The position numbers and the translations under genes were made by a program. A stretch of DNA of 63,829 nucleotides, counting the filler, from Octopus bimaculoides (Eukaryota), in NCBI RefSeq assembly GCF_001194135.2. It is 3 parts of 3 records of this genome, joined end to end, with 100 filler letters (N's around TTAATTAATTAA, not from the genome) between each part and the next. Parts side by side here need not be neighbours in the genome. Positions count along the whole stretch, not along the records: positions 1 to 6,335 come from NC_068990.1; positions 6,436 to 36,180 come from NC_068982.1; 1 more part is not named here. One strand, written 5' to 3'. How positions within the stretch are numbered: position 1 is the first letter of the stretch; each line of letters starts with the position of its first letter. Below are positions 1 through 12,807 of the stretch, piece by piece. The notes under the pieces were generated by a model. It did not search any database, was not told where the DNA came from, and saw nothing but the letters and a program-made list of their open reading frames with translations.

Positions 1-142
1 GAGTGTGGTGTTGCTATTGCTTTTGTGCTGGTGGACAGTCTGAAGATCAAAAATAAGAAGAATAGTACAGGCTATAGATATATATATATATATATATATA
101 AACGGTGGGGAAACGAAGGGGCGTGAATGAATATATATATAT

Positions 143-523
143 ACTCTCTTTACTCTTTTACTCTTTTACTTGTTTCAGTCATTTGACTGCAGCCATGCTG
201 GAGCACCGCCTTTAGTCGAGCGCAAATCGACCCCAGCACTTATTCTTTGTAAGCCTAGTACTTATTCTATGGATATCTTTGGCCGAACCGCTAAGTTACG
301 GGGACGTAAACATTCCAGCATCGGTTGTCAAGCGATGATGTGGGGACAAACACAGACACACAAACGCACATGCATANNNNNNNNNNTGTGGGGACAAACA
401 CAGACACACAAACGCACATACATATACATATATACATACATACGACGGGCTTCTTTCAGTTTCCGTCTACCAAATCCACTCACAAGGCTTTGGTCGGCCC
501 GAAGCTATAGTAGAAGACACTTG
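143..523 (-). mobile_element. tRNA-derived CORE-like SINE (family C), 5'-truncated, with internal microsatellite
   Basis: Near-identical to other copies in the window (47083-47487, 41661-42068, 61299-61667); shares 'aagtgtcttctactatagc...ccgaccaaagccttgtgagtggatttggtagacggaaactgaaagaagcccgtcg' and the (AAAAGAGT)n 3' tail. Confidence 0.85.
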
Positions 524-918
524 CTTAGAAGCATTTCGTCTGTCTTTATGTTCTGAGATCAAATTTAGCCGAGGTCGACTTTGCCATTCACCAAAACGAG
601 GTCGATAAAATAAGTACCAGCTTAGCACCGGGGGCCGATGTAATCGACTCACTCCCTTCTCCTTGGCCTTGAGTTAAAATTTGAAAACAGTATTAATGTG
701 AAGGTAAAAGTCGGTAAGCTGGCAGAATCGTTATTGCGCCGTACAAAATGCTTAACCGCATTTCGTCCGTCTTTACGTTCGGGGTTCAAATTTCGGCGAG
801 TTTAACTTAGCCTTTCTCCATTTCGTGGTCGAAGAAATAAGTAGCAGTCGATCCCTGAAGTAGATGTAATTGACTTCCCCACTCACCGAAATTTCAGACC
901 TTGTGCCTATATCAGAAA
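524..918 (+). mobile_element. Two tandem tRNA-derived SINE copies (family A)
   Basis: A-box-like 'tggcagaatcg', B-box-like 'ggggttcaaattt' and the central 'gtcgactttgcc...gtcgataaaataagtaccag' domain shared with many copies in the window. Confidence 0.8.
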
Positions 919-1314
919 ATTGCGCGCGCACACACACACGCAGACACAAACGTTGACAATAACTTCGAAGTTTACGCTTGCTCACCGTTATCACATTGCT
1001 TTTGTGAATGCCCGAGTGTATGTGTACCTGTTATCTAGGTTTATGATTGTATATTTACAAGTAATACGTGATAATTGTTTGAAGAACTTCGCACTGTCGA
1101 TTGCCCAACGCTTGCTCTTCGCATCTTTGTATAGTCAATATGTAAGGAGAATGCATCAGCGTTCATATTATGTTACGAGGGAATAAACTCGTGCATGTTC
1201 TAAAGATTTAGCACTGAAAATATTATTCATAATGATTGCGAGGAACGTATGACTTGTAGAAATTATGACAGGTCCACTCCTCTGGCAAAAATTAATAGTA
1301 CCTGTAATTCAAAA

Positions 1315-1460
1315 GCCATGTTGTGTTTTGTGTCACGCTGAATTCCCTTGAGTACTACGTTAAGGGTATGTGTGTCTGTAGAGTGCTCAGCCACTTGCAA
1401 GTTAATTTCATGAGCAGGGTTTGCAGTTGTCAGTATTTACAAGTTCAGGTTCTCATCCAC
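1315..1460 (+). mobile_element. SINE family B, 3' fragment
   Basis: 'tgtgtcacgctgaattccct...actacgttaagggta...gtgctcagccacttgcaagttaatttca' matches 26452-26750 and 12225-12505. Confidence 0.75.
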
Positions 1461-2910
1461 TGACATGAAGTGATTTCTAGTTCGATCTCAATGTGCGACA
1501 TTTGTGAACGGTAACTCCTATAATACATTTTGAGTAATCAAAGCTCTGTGATTGATATTGCGTGGCCGGAAATTGTAGCTAGAGTTTCTCAATATGTATT
1601 TTGGTTGGTAGGCCTTAGATGTTACAATGTCATCATCTATTCATTCCGTTTTACTGGGGGTTCACTCAAATCTCTTTTATACGTACAAACCTGGTGTACG
1701 GGCCATAATAAACAGTTCCCAGTACAGATTTACAACTTCTCATTACAGCAAAACATGAATTTTGATTCATAACCACATTTCTAAAGATAACTTTAAAAAA
1801 ATAATTTCTTACAATTAAGAGAAATAAAAATATCTTAATAGTAAAAATTATTTGCCAACATAATGTGGCAGTCCTGATCAGGACGAATGCCACTGTTAAT
1901 TAGCCCCAGGAAACAGCGTCTCCAGCTGGCTATAGGACACACTATATGCGCCCCCACCCATTTTTTTTTGAATGAGGGAGTTTGGAGTCCCCACTCAGCA
2001 CAAAGCAATATCTGCGTGATAAATTGAATATTAATTTAATTAACATCAATTTAAAACCAGTGGACTAGCATATAAAAAATCTGAAAATTCAGAAAAATTG
2101 TATTACATTCGTTTAAGAAGGGATGACCACTAAGTGGACATCCGATATGCTAGAATTTTTCTGGAGAACATTCTTTTCTTTGTACATACATACATAAATA
2201 CATATATATATATATATAGATATATGTATATACNNNNNNNNNNNNNNNNNNNNNNNNNNNNNNNNNNNNNNNNNNNNNNNNNNNNNNNNNNNNNNNNNNN
2301 NNNNNNNNNNNNNNNNNNNNNNNNNNNNNNNNNNNNNNNNNNNNNNNNNNNNNNNNNNNNNNNNNNNNNNNNNNNNNNNNNNNNNNNNNNNNNNNNNNNN
2401 NNNNNNNNNNNNNNNNNNNNNNNNNNNNNNNNNNNNNNNNNNNNNNNNNNNNNNNNNNNNNNNNNNNNNNNNNNNNNNNNNNNNNNNNNNNNNNNNNNNN
2501 NNNNNNNNNNNNNNNNNNNNNNNNNNNNNNNNNNNNNNNNNNNNNNNNNNNNNNNNNNNNNNNNNNNNNNNNNNNNNNNNNNNNNNNNNNNNNNNNNNNN
2601 NNNNNNNNNNNNNNNNNNNNNNNNNNNNNNNNNNNNNNNNNNNNNNNNNNNNNNNNNNNNNNNNNNNNNNNNNNNNNNNNNNNNNNNNNNNNNNNNNNNN
2701 NNNNNNNNNNNNNNNNNNNNNNNNNNNNNNNNNNNNNNNNNNNNNNNNNNNNNNNNNNNNNNNNNNNNNNNNNNNNNNNNNNNNNNNNNNNNNNNNNNNN
2801 NNNNNNNNNNNNNNNNNNNNNNNNNNNNNNNNNNNNNNNNNNNNNNNNNNNNNNNNNNNNNNNNNNNNNNNNNNNNNNNNNNNNNNNNNNNNNNNNNNNN
2901 NNNNNNNNNN

Positions 2911-2949
<39 letters not shown>

Positions 2950-2981
2950 CACATTTCGCGTTTTTGTGCGTATTTGCGTGT

Positions 2982-3039
<58 letters not shown>

Positions 3040-3399
3040 TTGTGTTACTTTTATTTTATACATTGTTTATATATCTACGTATTCTCAAAAGAAACAGTAT
3101 AATCTTGCAAGTATGCAAACACGTATAAATAGATATACACAAATATATAAATACATGTGTGCATACATTCATACAAACATTTAAGAATCTATATATACAC
3201 AAATGAAGCTATAAACGTACATAGAAACACCCACACACGTACAGACATACTTTCTAGTATGTATGCATACATACATATGCACACACGTCCATACTCAATC
3301 ATCAATCCATCTACACACGTTTACCTACCTACCTACCAACCTACATGCATACATACATACATACATAGATACATACTTGCATATATATTTACATATATT

Positions 3400-3445
<46 letters not shown>

Positions 3446-4017
3446 CATATATATAAATATATATGAATGTATGTATGTATGTATATATATATACACATAC
3501 ATGCATGTGTACACCAATATGTGAAGATATAGATCTATTTTCTACCCACGCATGTAGATAGATAGATAGATAGATAGAAAAAGAGAGCAAATGTGAGAAT
3601 GAGTGAGTGATTGAAAGCGAAAGGGAGATATGGTATGTGTGTGACAGAGAGAGAGACATACAGACAGAGGAGTCAGACAGACAGCAGACATACAGACAAA
3701 CAGCAGACAGACATACAGACAGACAGCAGACAGACAGACAGCAGACAGACAGACAGCAGACAGACAGCAGACAGACAGACAGCAGACATGCAGACGGTCA
3801 CACAAAGACGGAGACAATATGAAATTTCTTTGTAATCTACGAAAGAAGTTCAGATTGGAACAGAAGATATGTTTACATTTGTTTGTGTGGCAGTCTTTGG
3901 GGATGCTTTCGCAAGACGGCTTTCCCTACCCTGTCCCTTGAGAGTCAATTAGTATTTTGATAAGACGACCTCGACAATGACATGCGCACATACATACATA
4001 CGCACACATATATGTTA

Positions 4018-4056
<39 letters not shown>

Positions 4057-4924
4057 CACACATAAAAACTACCAGATATACACCCATACACTTATGACAA
4101 AAGCTGCCTACGATAGCACCGACGACATCTTTGATTTTGCAAGGTTTTGATTAGGTCAAAGTAGTGGTTTTGATTTGCAAGCACGTTAGAACGTTGGACA
4201 GAATATTGCACGTTATTTAATTGCGACCCTTTACGTTGCGAGTTCAAATATCACGGAGGTCAACTTTTTCTGGTTTGTTTTTGTTTTTCTTTTTTCAATC
4301 ACTCTGGTGTCACTGAAATGAAATATGAGTTAAGTGCGTGGTTAGTTATATAAACCGATTATCCTCTCCTGCGAATTTGAAGCCTTCAATCTGTTTAAGT
4401 AATGGATATTTTGCTAAGTTTCAACATGCTTCGATGCAATAAAAGACGACGATTCTTCTGTGACATTTCTACATGATGTGGCGTGCTTCAGCAAGTGGTA
4501 ATATAACGGTGAGGTTAAAGTGATCTTGATCCAATGTTCAAATATACGTGAGGAGACATGGATGTGTTGCTATGTAGTTCAGTCCAAAACCAAATTATTC
4601 GTAGTTCAATCCCACTACAGGGCACCTTCTGGTGTCTGCTTGTAGTTCTAGAATAAATCCGAGCCGACCAATGCTTTGTGAGTGAATTTCTTTCACGGAT
4701 ATTGTGCAGTAACCAATGATGTATACATACATACATACATACATACATACATACATACATACACACTTACGTGTATGTATATAATTTTGGGGTCCGATGT
4801 GTATGTTGAGTAAAGCACGTTCTCAGTTTGGGCTACCAGGTGTCATCCGCGGTGGGAGTATATTTCCGCCGGATCTACTTCAGGAATTCCACTGTGTTAG
4901 TTGAGATAATAATAATGATCAATG

Positions 4925-5125
4925 AAAGGCGGTGATTTGGCAGAAATGTTAGCACGCGGGGAGAAATACTTAGCAGTATGTCGTCTGTCTTTACGTTTTG
5001 AGTTCAAATTTCGCCGAGATTGTCTTTGCCTTTCATCGTTTCGGGATTGATAGATTAAGTACCAGTTGCGTACTGGGGCCGATCTTATCGACTGGACTCT
5101 TCCCCCAAAATTTCAAACATTGTGT
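4925..5125 (+). mobile_element. SINE family A, near full length
   Basis: 'ggcggtgatttggcagaaatgttagc...gagttcaaatttcgccgag...aagtaccagttgcgtactgggg' matches the other family A copies. Confidence 0.8.
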
Positions 5126-5574
5126 CTGATGTCATCCATAGTTACGATATAATTTTCCCTGGATCTACGTCGGGAAATCAACAGTGTTTGTTGAGTTTAT
5201 AATTGAAGAAAACGGAAAATGAATTTAGTAAGAATGTTTATTCAGCAAGACGATCGTTTCTACCCGTCCTGCATCTACGCGTTAGGGTTAGGATATTTTG
5301 CATCTTGTTATGGTACCTCAATCGGTGCAGGCTGTGTTACTTCAGGTGCTCGGTGTTTAAAAAAAATGGTATCCCACTTGATATACTTGGCTTGTTGTGC
5401 TCGATCGTTGTTCCACGTACAACGAGCGCGAACAACATGTCAAGGTGTGAGAATAATTTTTTATGATTTATGCGCCCTTTCAAAGCCTAACCAGGCTCAT
5501 GGGCCCGGTTTTCCGGTTTCTATGGCGTATGTGTTCCCCCTCCCCAGCTAGACGGGACGCCAGTCCATTGCAGC

Positions 5575-5765
5575 GTTACTCAAGAAACAGGAAGAAAGAG
5601 TGATAGAAAGTTCGGGCGAAAGAGTACAACAGGGGTCGACCCCTCCCCCCTTCCGGAGCATCGTGAAGCTTTTAGGTGCTTTCGCTCAATAAACACACCC
5701 ACCACCTGGTCTGGGAATCGAAACCACGATCCTCTTGCCCTAACCACTGGGCCATTACGCGTCCA
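5575..5765 (-). mobile_element. SINE family B, 5' fragment
   Basis: Matches 44322-44683 ('gaagctttaggtg...ttcgctcaataaacac...ggtctgggaatcgaaacc...gccctaaccactgggccatt'). Confidence 0.75.
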
Positions 5766-6335
5766 CGAATGACAATATATTTACCAGGTATCCTTTTTTT
5801 TATACATCAAGCACCTGAAGTGACACAGGCTTTCATTGATTGGTACAACCCAACTAGATGTACAATATCCTACCCCTAAGGGACAGGAAGAGTCGAAACG
5901 ATCGTCGTGGTAAATAATGATTCATACTAAATCCATTTACCGTTTCCTTCAATGATATATATATATATATATATAGACGACGAGCTTCTTTCAGTTTCTG
6001 TCTACCAAACCCACTCATCTCATAAGGCTTTGGTCAGCCAGGGGTACAAGACACTTTCCAAGGGTGCCACACAGTGAGACTGATCATGGCACCATATGGA
6101 TGGGAAACAAACTACGTACTACACTGTCGCATACATACATACACACATACATACATACATACATACATACATACATACAGACATACACATACATACATAC
6201 ATGCATTTATACATTCATACATATGTCTTTGTGTATATGCATATGTGTGTGTAGACAACCATATATAGATATGTATGTGTGAGCGTCTATATTTGTGTGT
6301 GTATGTGTTTCTCTTATTCATACTATGACTAAATG

Positions 6336-6435
6336 NNNNNNNNNNNNNNNNNNNNNNNNNNNNNNNNNNNNNNNNNNNNTTAATTAATTAANNNNNNNNN
6401 NNNNNNNNNNNNNNNNNNNNNNNNNNNNNNNNNNN
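6336..6435. other. Artificial scaffold linker (44 N + TTAATTAATTAA + 44 N)
   Basis: Exactly 100 bp; the 12-mer gives stops in all six frames; identical structure at 36181-36280. Confidence 0.95.
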
Positions 6436-7919
6436 TGTGTGCCAAGTAACATTTTCGAAAAGGTGAGTCCTTGGTCGTGCAAGGGAAAAGATCAATTCCT
6501 AGAAGCTGACTGGTAGTGTTTCGCCATCAAAATAATGAAAAAGACAGAAGACTTCTTTTCAATTTGAACTAAGATAACAGAAAGCTGGAACGAATAGCAT
6601 GTCACGAAACAAGTTATGAAATCTTCCAGTTTCATGTCTATATCTTAGTTTCCGAGAGTTGTATGTGAGGGCGATTTGGCTGCCGTCTCTAACTGGTCCA
6701 ACAACTGCGTCAAGTCTTACTCCTTCATAAACTAGTGTTACTTGAAATGTGAGGACTAATGCTGTTGTTGGTGTTGTTGCTGATGATGTTGTTGTTGTTG
6801 TTGTAATTGTTGTCACTGCTGCTGTTATTGTTCTTGGTATTGGTGCTGGGGGTGAGGTCGGAGGCGGGAAGTATGAGCGTGTGATAATGATTTGGTGCTG
6901 AGACGTAAAGCTTTTGCAATCAAGGAAAATAATCTACGTGAAATCTAATAGTGTTTATAGTGTTTATCAACTTCAACTAAAATACATTAATAATAATCAG
7001 TTCGTTTAGTGAACATTCTGTCAAAGAGAGGAGATTTATATAACGAGGAATAAATGAAATAAAGAAAAAAGTAATACAGAGAATCGGATGTAGAGAGTCA
7101 GAGGGGAGTATGCGCAGAGATTTTCATTCCACTAAAGTTTATCAGCTTTATCTACAGAGTTATGTTAATTCAATGAATACAACTTCAATACATCGCCTTA
7201 CTTCTCTTTCATTAAATAAGCGACAAGACGTGGAAGACATGCAAGAGTGATCTGCCTTGTTAAACACAATTAGTAGGATGTGACGATAAAAATGATACAA
7301 AAATAAAGATATATTTGCCAACATATTCAGACATATTCTCACATTCGCATAGAAGCAACTGCAGAATTCGAGTGCTCACATACACACACACATACATACA
7401 TACACATACGTACACATACGTACACATACATACATACATATACGTACACATACGTGCATGCATCCATACATACAGATAGACAGACATGTATACAAACACA
7501 CACAAATGCATGCATACTATCATACCTACCTACCTGCCTACCTACCTACCTACCTACCTACCTACCTACCTGTCTGCCTGCCTGCCTGCCTGCCTACCTA
7601 CTTACCTAGATACATAGATACATACATGCATACATCAATGTATATAATGTAGCTCATAGATCATTAATGAGAAGTAGAAAAATAAATTTAAATCCTAGAA
7701 AGCCTGGCTGTAGCAGAAATAAGAGTGTAATCGATAAATAAGCAGGGAAAGTAGAGAGGATTTTGTGGTCAACCGTTTCAAGTTTGTTGATTACTCCTCA
7801 GAAAAGGCGCAGGTTTGTAGTTTCCCTCTGATATATTCTCAGCAAGGAATCTGTCAGATTCCTGGCAGACACAGTAAAACTCACTTTTCATAACACCAAT
7901 AAATAGCAGCACCATTTGC

Positions 7920-8270
7920 TCCTTTCATGATGAGTGCGATTGATGGTGACCAAGAAAAAGTAGTCTAAATACGGAAAAAAAAGTAGAGAAGCGAGACACA
8001 CAATGAGGTCAAGAAACAGCACAAAACATGAAAAATATAAGTGGAGGAGCAGCATTCTCAGAACAACAAAAATGCTCTTCCTCAGGATAATGAGGAACAC
8101 ATTAATGAGGACGATGAAGTTCACTTAAACAAACTACGAAAACCAAATAACAGACAGGCAGAATAACATACCGTGGTGCAACGGCTATGAGATTTGTATA
8201 AAAAATGACTGAGCTGCTGTTGAAATGTAGGATTCATACAAAAGACAAATTGATAAAACAATACAAATAT
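7920..8270 (+). pseudogene. Possible highly degraded mariner-type transposase remnant
   Basis: Broken-frame peptides (AIDGDQEKVV, FSEQQKC, KPN, YKRQIDK) occur in the order of mariner motifs (cf. VDNDQLRAII, LSENQK, KPN, YAQQIDE). Similarity is weak. Confidence 0.3.
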
Positions 8271-8392
8271 AATCAAATGAAATAATATCTTGAAGTTTTA
8301 TGCTGCCTTTTACCCCTCTACACACAAAACAGTCTAAGGGGTTGTATGAGACACCAGCACAAGCAATGGTAGTCTGCTAAGAACGTAAGGCA

Positions 8393-8610
8393 CAGTAATC
8401 CCTCGCCATATTGTGGTTCACCTATCGCGGTTCACCTATCACTGTTTACTACTTAAGCTTGCGTCGATTCCTCCATGGTGCTGTTTTGCATTTATAATAA
8501 AATAAATATATAAAAATTATTCAAAAAATTATACAGTACAGTTTCTATTTCGCGGATTTCCACCTATCGTGGGTGGGGTTTGAAACTTAACACCTGCGAT
8601 AGTCGATACT
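8393..8610. mobile_element. pogo/Tigger-type non-autonomous DNA transposon (MITE)
   Basis: Left end 'cagtaatccctcgccatat..ggttcacctatcgcgg'; internal 'cgcggatttccacctatcg'; degenerate right end 'cctgcgatagtcgatact'. Typical CAGT-start Tigger termini. Confidence 0.6.
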
Positions 8611-8619
8611 ATACGCTAA

Positions 8620-9505
8620 CACGACTTAGCCAGCTGTTTCTGGGACGTGTGGTGATAATATCTCAATATATTTTACATTTTATTCTTGTTCTAAATACAT
8701 CATGTTTTAGGTATTGTGTGATTTATTATAGATTCTGTACGAATATTCCAAACTGATTACTCCTTTTATCAGTATTTAAATTCATTTCTCGTTTTTGTAT
8801 AAAATTTTGCCCTATCCTTCACGTCATTTTAAATTCTCTGTTTGCCGTATACCACATACTATTGCATCTCTTCAAGTCTTTCTGAAGGCCCTTCAAATTT
8901 CTGAAATCATTTTTAGGATTCTTGCAGAATACAGGATTGTATTATTTTGCATGTCGAAAATTCAGGTTCTATTTCCAGTATCCTTCAACCTGTTAGGTAG
9001 CTATTTAGGTGTTTTAACAAGCGAACCAAATACCACGAGGATAAATGTCATCTTAGTCTTCAACAATCTCTTCATCATATTGGCTACCTTGTCGTAATTT
9101 TGTCTTTCAGCTTCAACTCATTCTTAAAACACCACTTTTATTTTATCTAAATTACATATCAATATCCTTATATTTCCGAATTTTTGCTAATCAACCTTAC
9201 ATATTTCAGCACTTGACCAGTTAAATATATTGAAACGTTATGAGCGGTATGGCTTAAGTATTCCGTTCCTCTCTCTCATTCCTTGTGTTTTGCAAGAGTA
9301 TTGCCCTTACTTTGCAATAGTATTCTTTTCTGACCTTTTCCGTCATTGATGAGTGTATTATCCCATAGCCTTCATATACCCACAAGTATTTATAACATTC
9401 CTCTGGTTCTAACTGCTTATGGTTTGTTGACCGAATTCAACGTTGGATGGTTTTGAAAGCTTCCCTCCGATGAAGGTAGCTTTTGCACATTTGTCCAAGC
9501 CAAAT
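8620..9505 (-). mobile_element. R4/Dong-clade non-LTR retrotransposon fragment (RT C-terminal region), decayed
   Basis: Minus-strand translation FGLDKCAKATFIGGKL... then, after a frameshift, LEPEECYKYLWVYEGYGIIHSSMTEKVRKEYYCKVRAIL. These are characteristic RT motifs of RLE-type LINEs. Confidence 0.8.
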
Positions 9506-10505
9506 TATTGTTGCTGTTGTTTTGTCGTCGTCGTCGTCGTCATCATCATCATCATCATTGATGATATACTAGAGAAATAGAGAGCAATAAAAATTAAGTC
9601 ATTACCATGTCTCGTCAGGAAAAAGAGACATAGTAAAAGGTACGGTAAAAGCCAAAGGGTCTCGCATGGCAAGTATGTTAGTACCAACAAATATAAGGCT
9701 TGCTGTCGGCTGTTGAAAGAATAATTCTAAGATTTCCTTCATACTGAATAAACGAAGGCATATCTCTAACAAGGGGCATGGCACGTCAAGTAACCTTTAT
9801 TGATATTGAACGATTGTGGAACATACAATTTAATAAATTATGCTTTTTGTCTCCCCCAGTGACATTCCTCACTCTCTTTCTCTTCCTTTTACTCACTCAG
9901 TCTCTTAATCACACTTTCGCTCAAATACTGTCGTTAATAATTTGTTTTTACTTCACAGTTGACAGTTGAGTATAATGAAATATAATGAATCGTAGGTATT
10001 GTAAACATTTCCACGTACGCCGTAATATACGTTTCAATTGCTATTTAATTTCAAAGTGTCACAAATATGTCACGACATCCATAATTGACAGGATACAAAT
10101 ATAGAAAGAATATTGGTGAATTGTCACTAATTTATACATTTATCTATTAGTAAATATATGTGTATGTATGCTTATGTGCATACGTGTGTCTGTGTGCATG
10201 AGTATTTGTGTAAATGTGTCTGCATGTTCGTGTGTATGTATTTGTACGCATGTATGGGTGTATGTTTGAATGTTGTGCTTAAATATTTATAAGTTAAGTG
10301 TTTGTAGGATAGTGAGCTAGTTTCAAGTGTAGGTATATGAACATTCATATACATATACTAATATCTCCCTATCTACGTATTCATTCTGTCTATCCCCGGA
10401 TCTTTGTCATACATACACACACACGCACACACATACATATATGTATATCTATCTAAGTATATATATATATATATATATATATCAGTGTGTTGTGTATATA
10501 TATAC

Positions 10506-10596
10506 TTTCATCTGACGAGGACGGTTTCTTTCAAATTGATGTAATATTTTCATTAATCAATGAAATGGAGCCGCCTGAAACGGCCGTAATCATTTG
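10506..10596 (+). ncRNA. Minimal type I hammerhead-ribozyme-like motif in a Penelope-like repeat
   Basis: CUGACGA (10512-18), helix II GGACGGUUUC/GGAGCCGCC around a long loop, then GAA-ACGGCCGU-A (palindromic helix III, NUH = GUA). Helix I is weak. Confidence 0.6.
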
Positions 10597-10894
10597 ACAT
10601 CTTTATTACTTATTTATAATCTGTTCACCTAACTTGGGATCTGTACTTCGAAATACAATAGAAAGGACCTTTATATAAAGTACATGTCTGAATTACCAAG
10701 AGAGGATATCTTCAGTTATCTGGGTTGCGTTGTCTGCACACATGACAGAACTATTGGGTACAAATACCTCTACATTGAGCCTTGATATTCATAATTCAAG
10801 TAATATTGTTGGGCTGTGCAGATTATATCGAACAACGTGCGTCAATTTACCTGAATATTATATACATATATATATATATATATANNNNNNNNNN

Positions 10895-10930
<36 letters not shown>

Positions 10931-11724
10931 CACACGTCTGTATATGGGCATATATATTCATATATTTATGTTTTTGCGTACATATGTATACATGCATATA
11001 TATCAATATTTATCTTTATATCTATCTATCTTTCTATCTAACTGCTTACATATACGTATGTATGTGCGTGCGTGTTTGTGTGTGTAAATATACACAGGAA
11101 GTTATATATAACAATAGAGACATATTTGTGAAATATTGAGTTTTAATTCTATGTGTGCTAATTTATACACAAAATCTCATTAACAAGTTTTAATGACATT
11201 TTGCGTTGAAGATGAAAATGACGATAATCATGATGCCGATGATTATGATGAAAATCCAGAAGATTCTCACGCTGATGATGACTATGATGATGATGACTAT
11301 GATGATGACTATGATGATAACGATGACGATTATGATGATGACAACGAAGATGACCATTATGACGACGGCAACAAAGACGTCGAGGTAATGCTTAAATATA
11401 GTCAATTAGTTTCTTAAGTAATTTTGAGGAACAGGTGTTCATAATTTGGTAAATAGGAAGCCGTTAAACCTAGTTATGCTTCAGTTAATACAGAACAAAG
11501 GAGTATACGAGAAGAGTTGACACTATTGTTTGTATACTAAAGAGAGATGCTTAAGTAATTAAAATACACAACTGATATAACCTTAAGGAAATAAACAAAC
11601 ACACGTCTATATGTATATTAGGTACATATTTTCTGCTTCTCAGTATTCATATCTATCTGCCCGTCTTTCTATCTTTCAATCTATTTATGTATCAATCTTT
11701 CTTTCTGCCTGTCTGTCTTCCTCT

Positions 11725-11769
<45 letters not shown>

Positions 11770-11863
11770 CATACATACATATATATATATATAAGGATTT
11801 ACTTTTCATAATGAGATAAAAAAACCAAGGTTGTGTATAATATAGAAAATTTATAAATAGAAG

Positions 11864-11911
11864 GTCTTACAGCTGTTACTAGGATATTTGTTATATCCCT
11901 TCATCGGAGAC
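11864..11911 (-). ncRNA. Degenerate minimal hammerhead-like motif in a Penelope-like repeat
   Basis: Minus strand: GUCU-CCGAUGA-A-GGGAUAU aacaa AUAUCCU-A-GUA-ACAGCUGU-A-AGAC. Helices I, II and III are present, with two core substitutions. Confidence 0.55.
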
Positions 11912-12224
11912 GGTGTCAGAGGATGGTTAAGCAATAGTTGGTTTTGTTAAGATAGGAAATAGAGAGTGAATGTAGGGATATTGTATTTGTAAATCCATTG
12001 TTTAGGCAGAATAGTATACATATAAGAATCCAGACACCATTATCGCTCATAACCTACATACTTATACATATACACGACATATTTGTGTGCGTGCGTAGTA
12101 AGTGGAGAGCCAGTGCCGCAGTTCAGTTGAATTAGTGAACCTTTTTCAGTTAACCGGACGAAATTGCGCTTACACCTCAATATTGGGTTCTATACCTCAA
12201 TTTTGTGTTCGTGAATTTGATTCA

Positions 12225-12505
12225 CGATCGTAATATTGTCAGTTCGATTCCCGGCTGCGTGTTGTATCCTTGAGCAAGACACTTTATTTCATGTTTCTCA
12301 GCTGGCAAAAATGATTTGTACCTGTAAGTCAAAGGTGCCGGCCTTATTTATTACATTCTGTGTCACGCTGAACCTCCATGAGAACTACCTGAGGGGTACA
12401 AGTGTCTGTGGAATGCTCAGCCATTTCAACGTTAATTTCATGTGCAGGCTGTTCTATTGATCGGATCAACTAGAACACTCGACACCGTAATCGATAGAGT
12501 CTCAG
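12225..12505 (+). mobile_element. SINE family B variant, 5'-truncated
   Basis: 'gttcgattcccggctgcgtgttgtatccttgagcaagacactttatttc...cagctggcaaaaatg...tgtcacgctgaacctc' matches 26452-26750. Confidence 0.75.
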
Positions 12506-12705
12506 TACACACTGCCCCTGTACATATACTTATATATACATATATCGACTCCAATTCCAAGTAAGTTTATCCTAACGTTTTTGATGCGACTCTACTCTAT
12601 ACTGTTTTCTTCCCTATTCTTCTCTAAATCTCCTTTTCTCCTCCTCACCGTTTTCTGTCTGTCTGTCTCTCTCCCCGCTTCCCCTTTTCTCTCTCTCGTT
12701 GCTCA

Positions 12706-12807
12706 CACGTGACCATCGGTATTCTTTCTTTTCCCCACGTGACCATAGGTATTCTTTCTTTTCCCCACGTGACCATCGGTATTCTTTCTTTTCCCCACGT
12801 GACCATC
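12706..12807. repeat. 30-bp minisatellite, ~3.4 copies, each starting CACGTGAC
   Basis: Unit cacgtgaccat(c/a)ggtattctttcttttccc at 12706, 12736 and 12766, partial at 12796. Confidence 0.95.

Noticed and set aside
11193-11417. Asp-rich 74-aa ORF (DDDYDDD...)
   Set aside because: It is a degenerate (GAT)n microsatellite that is open in several frames; no convincing splice or start context.
12706-12807. CRISPR-like 30-bp repeats
   Set aside because: Units are contiguous with no unique spacers, there are no cas genes, and the context is eukaryotic.
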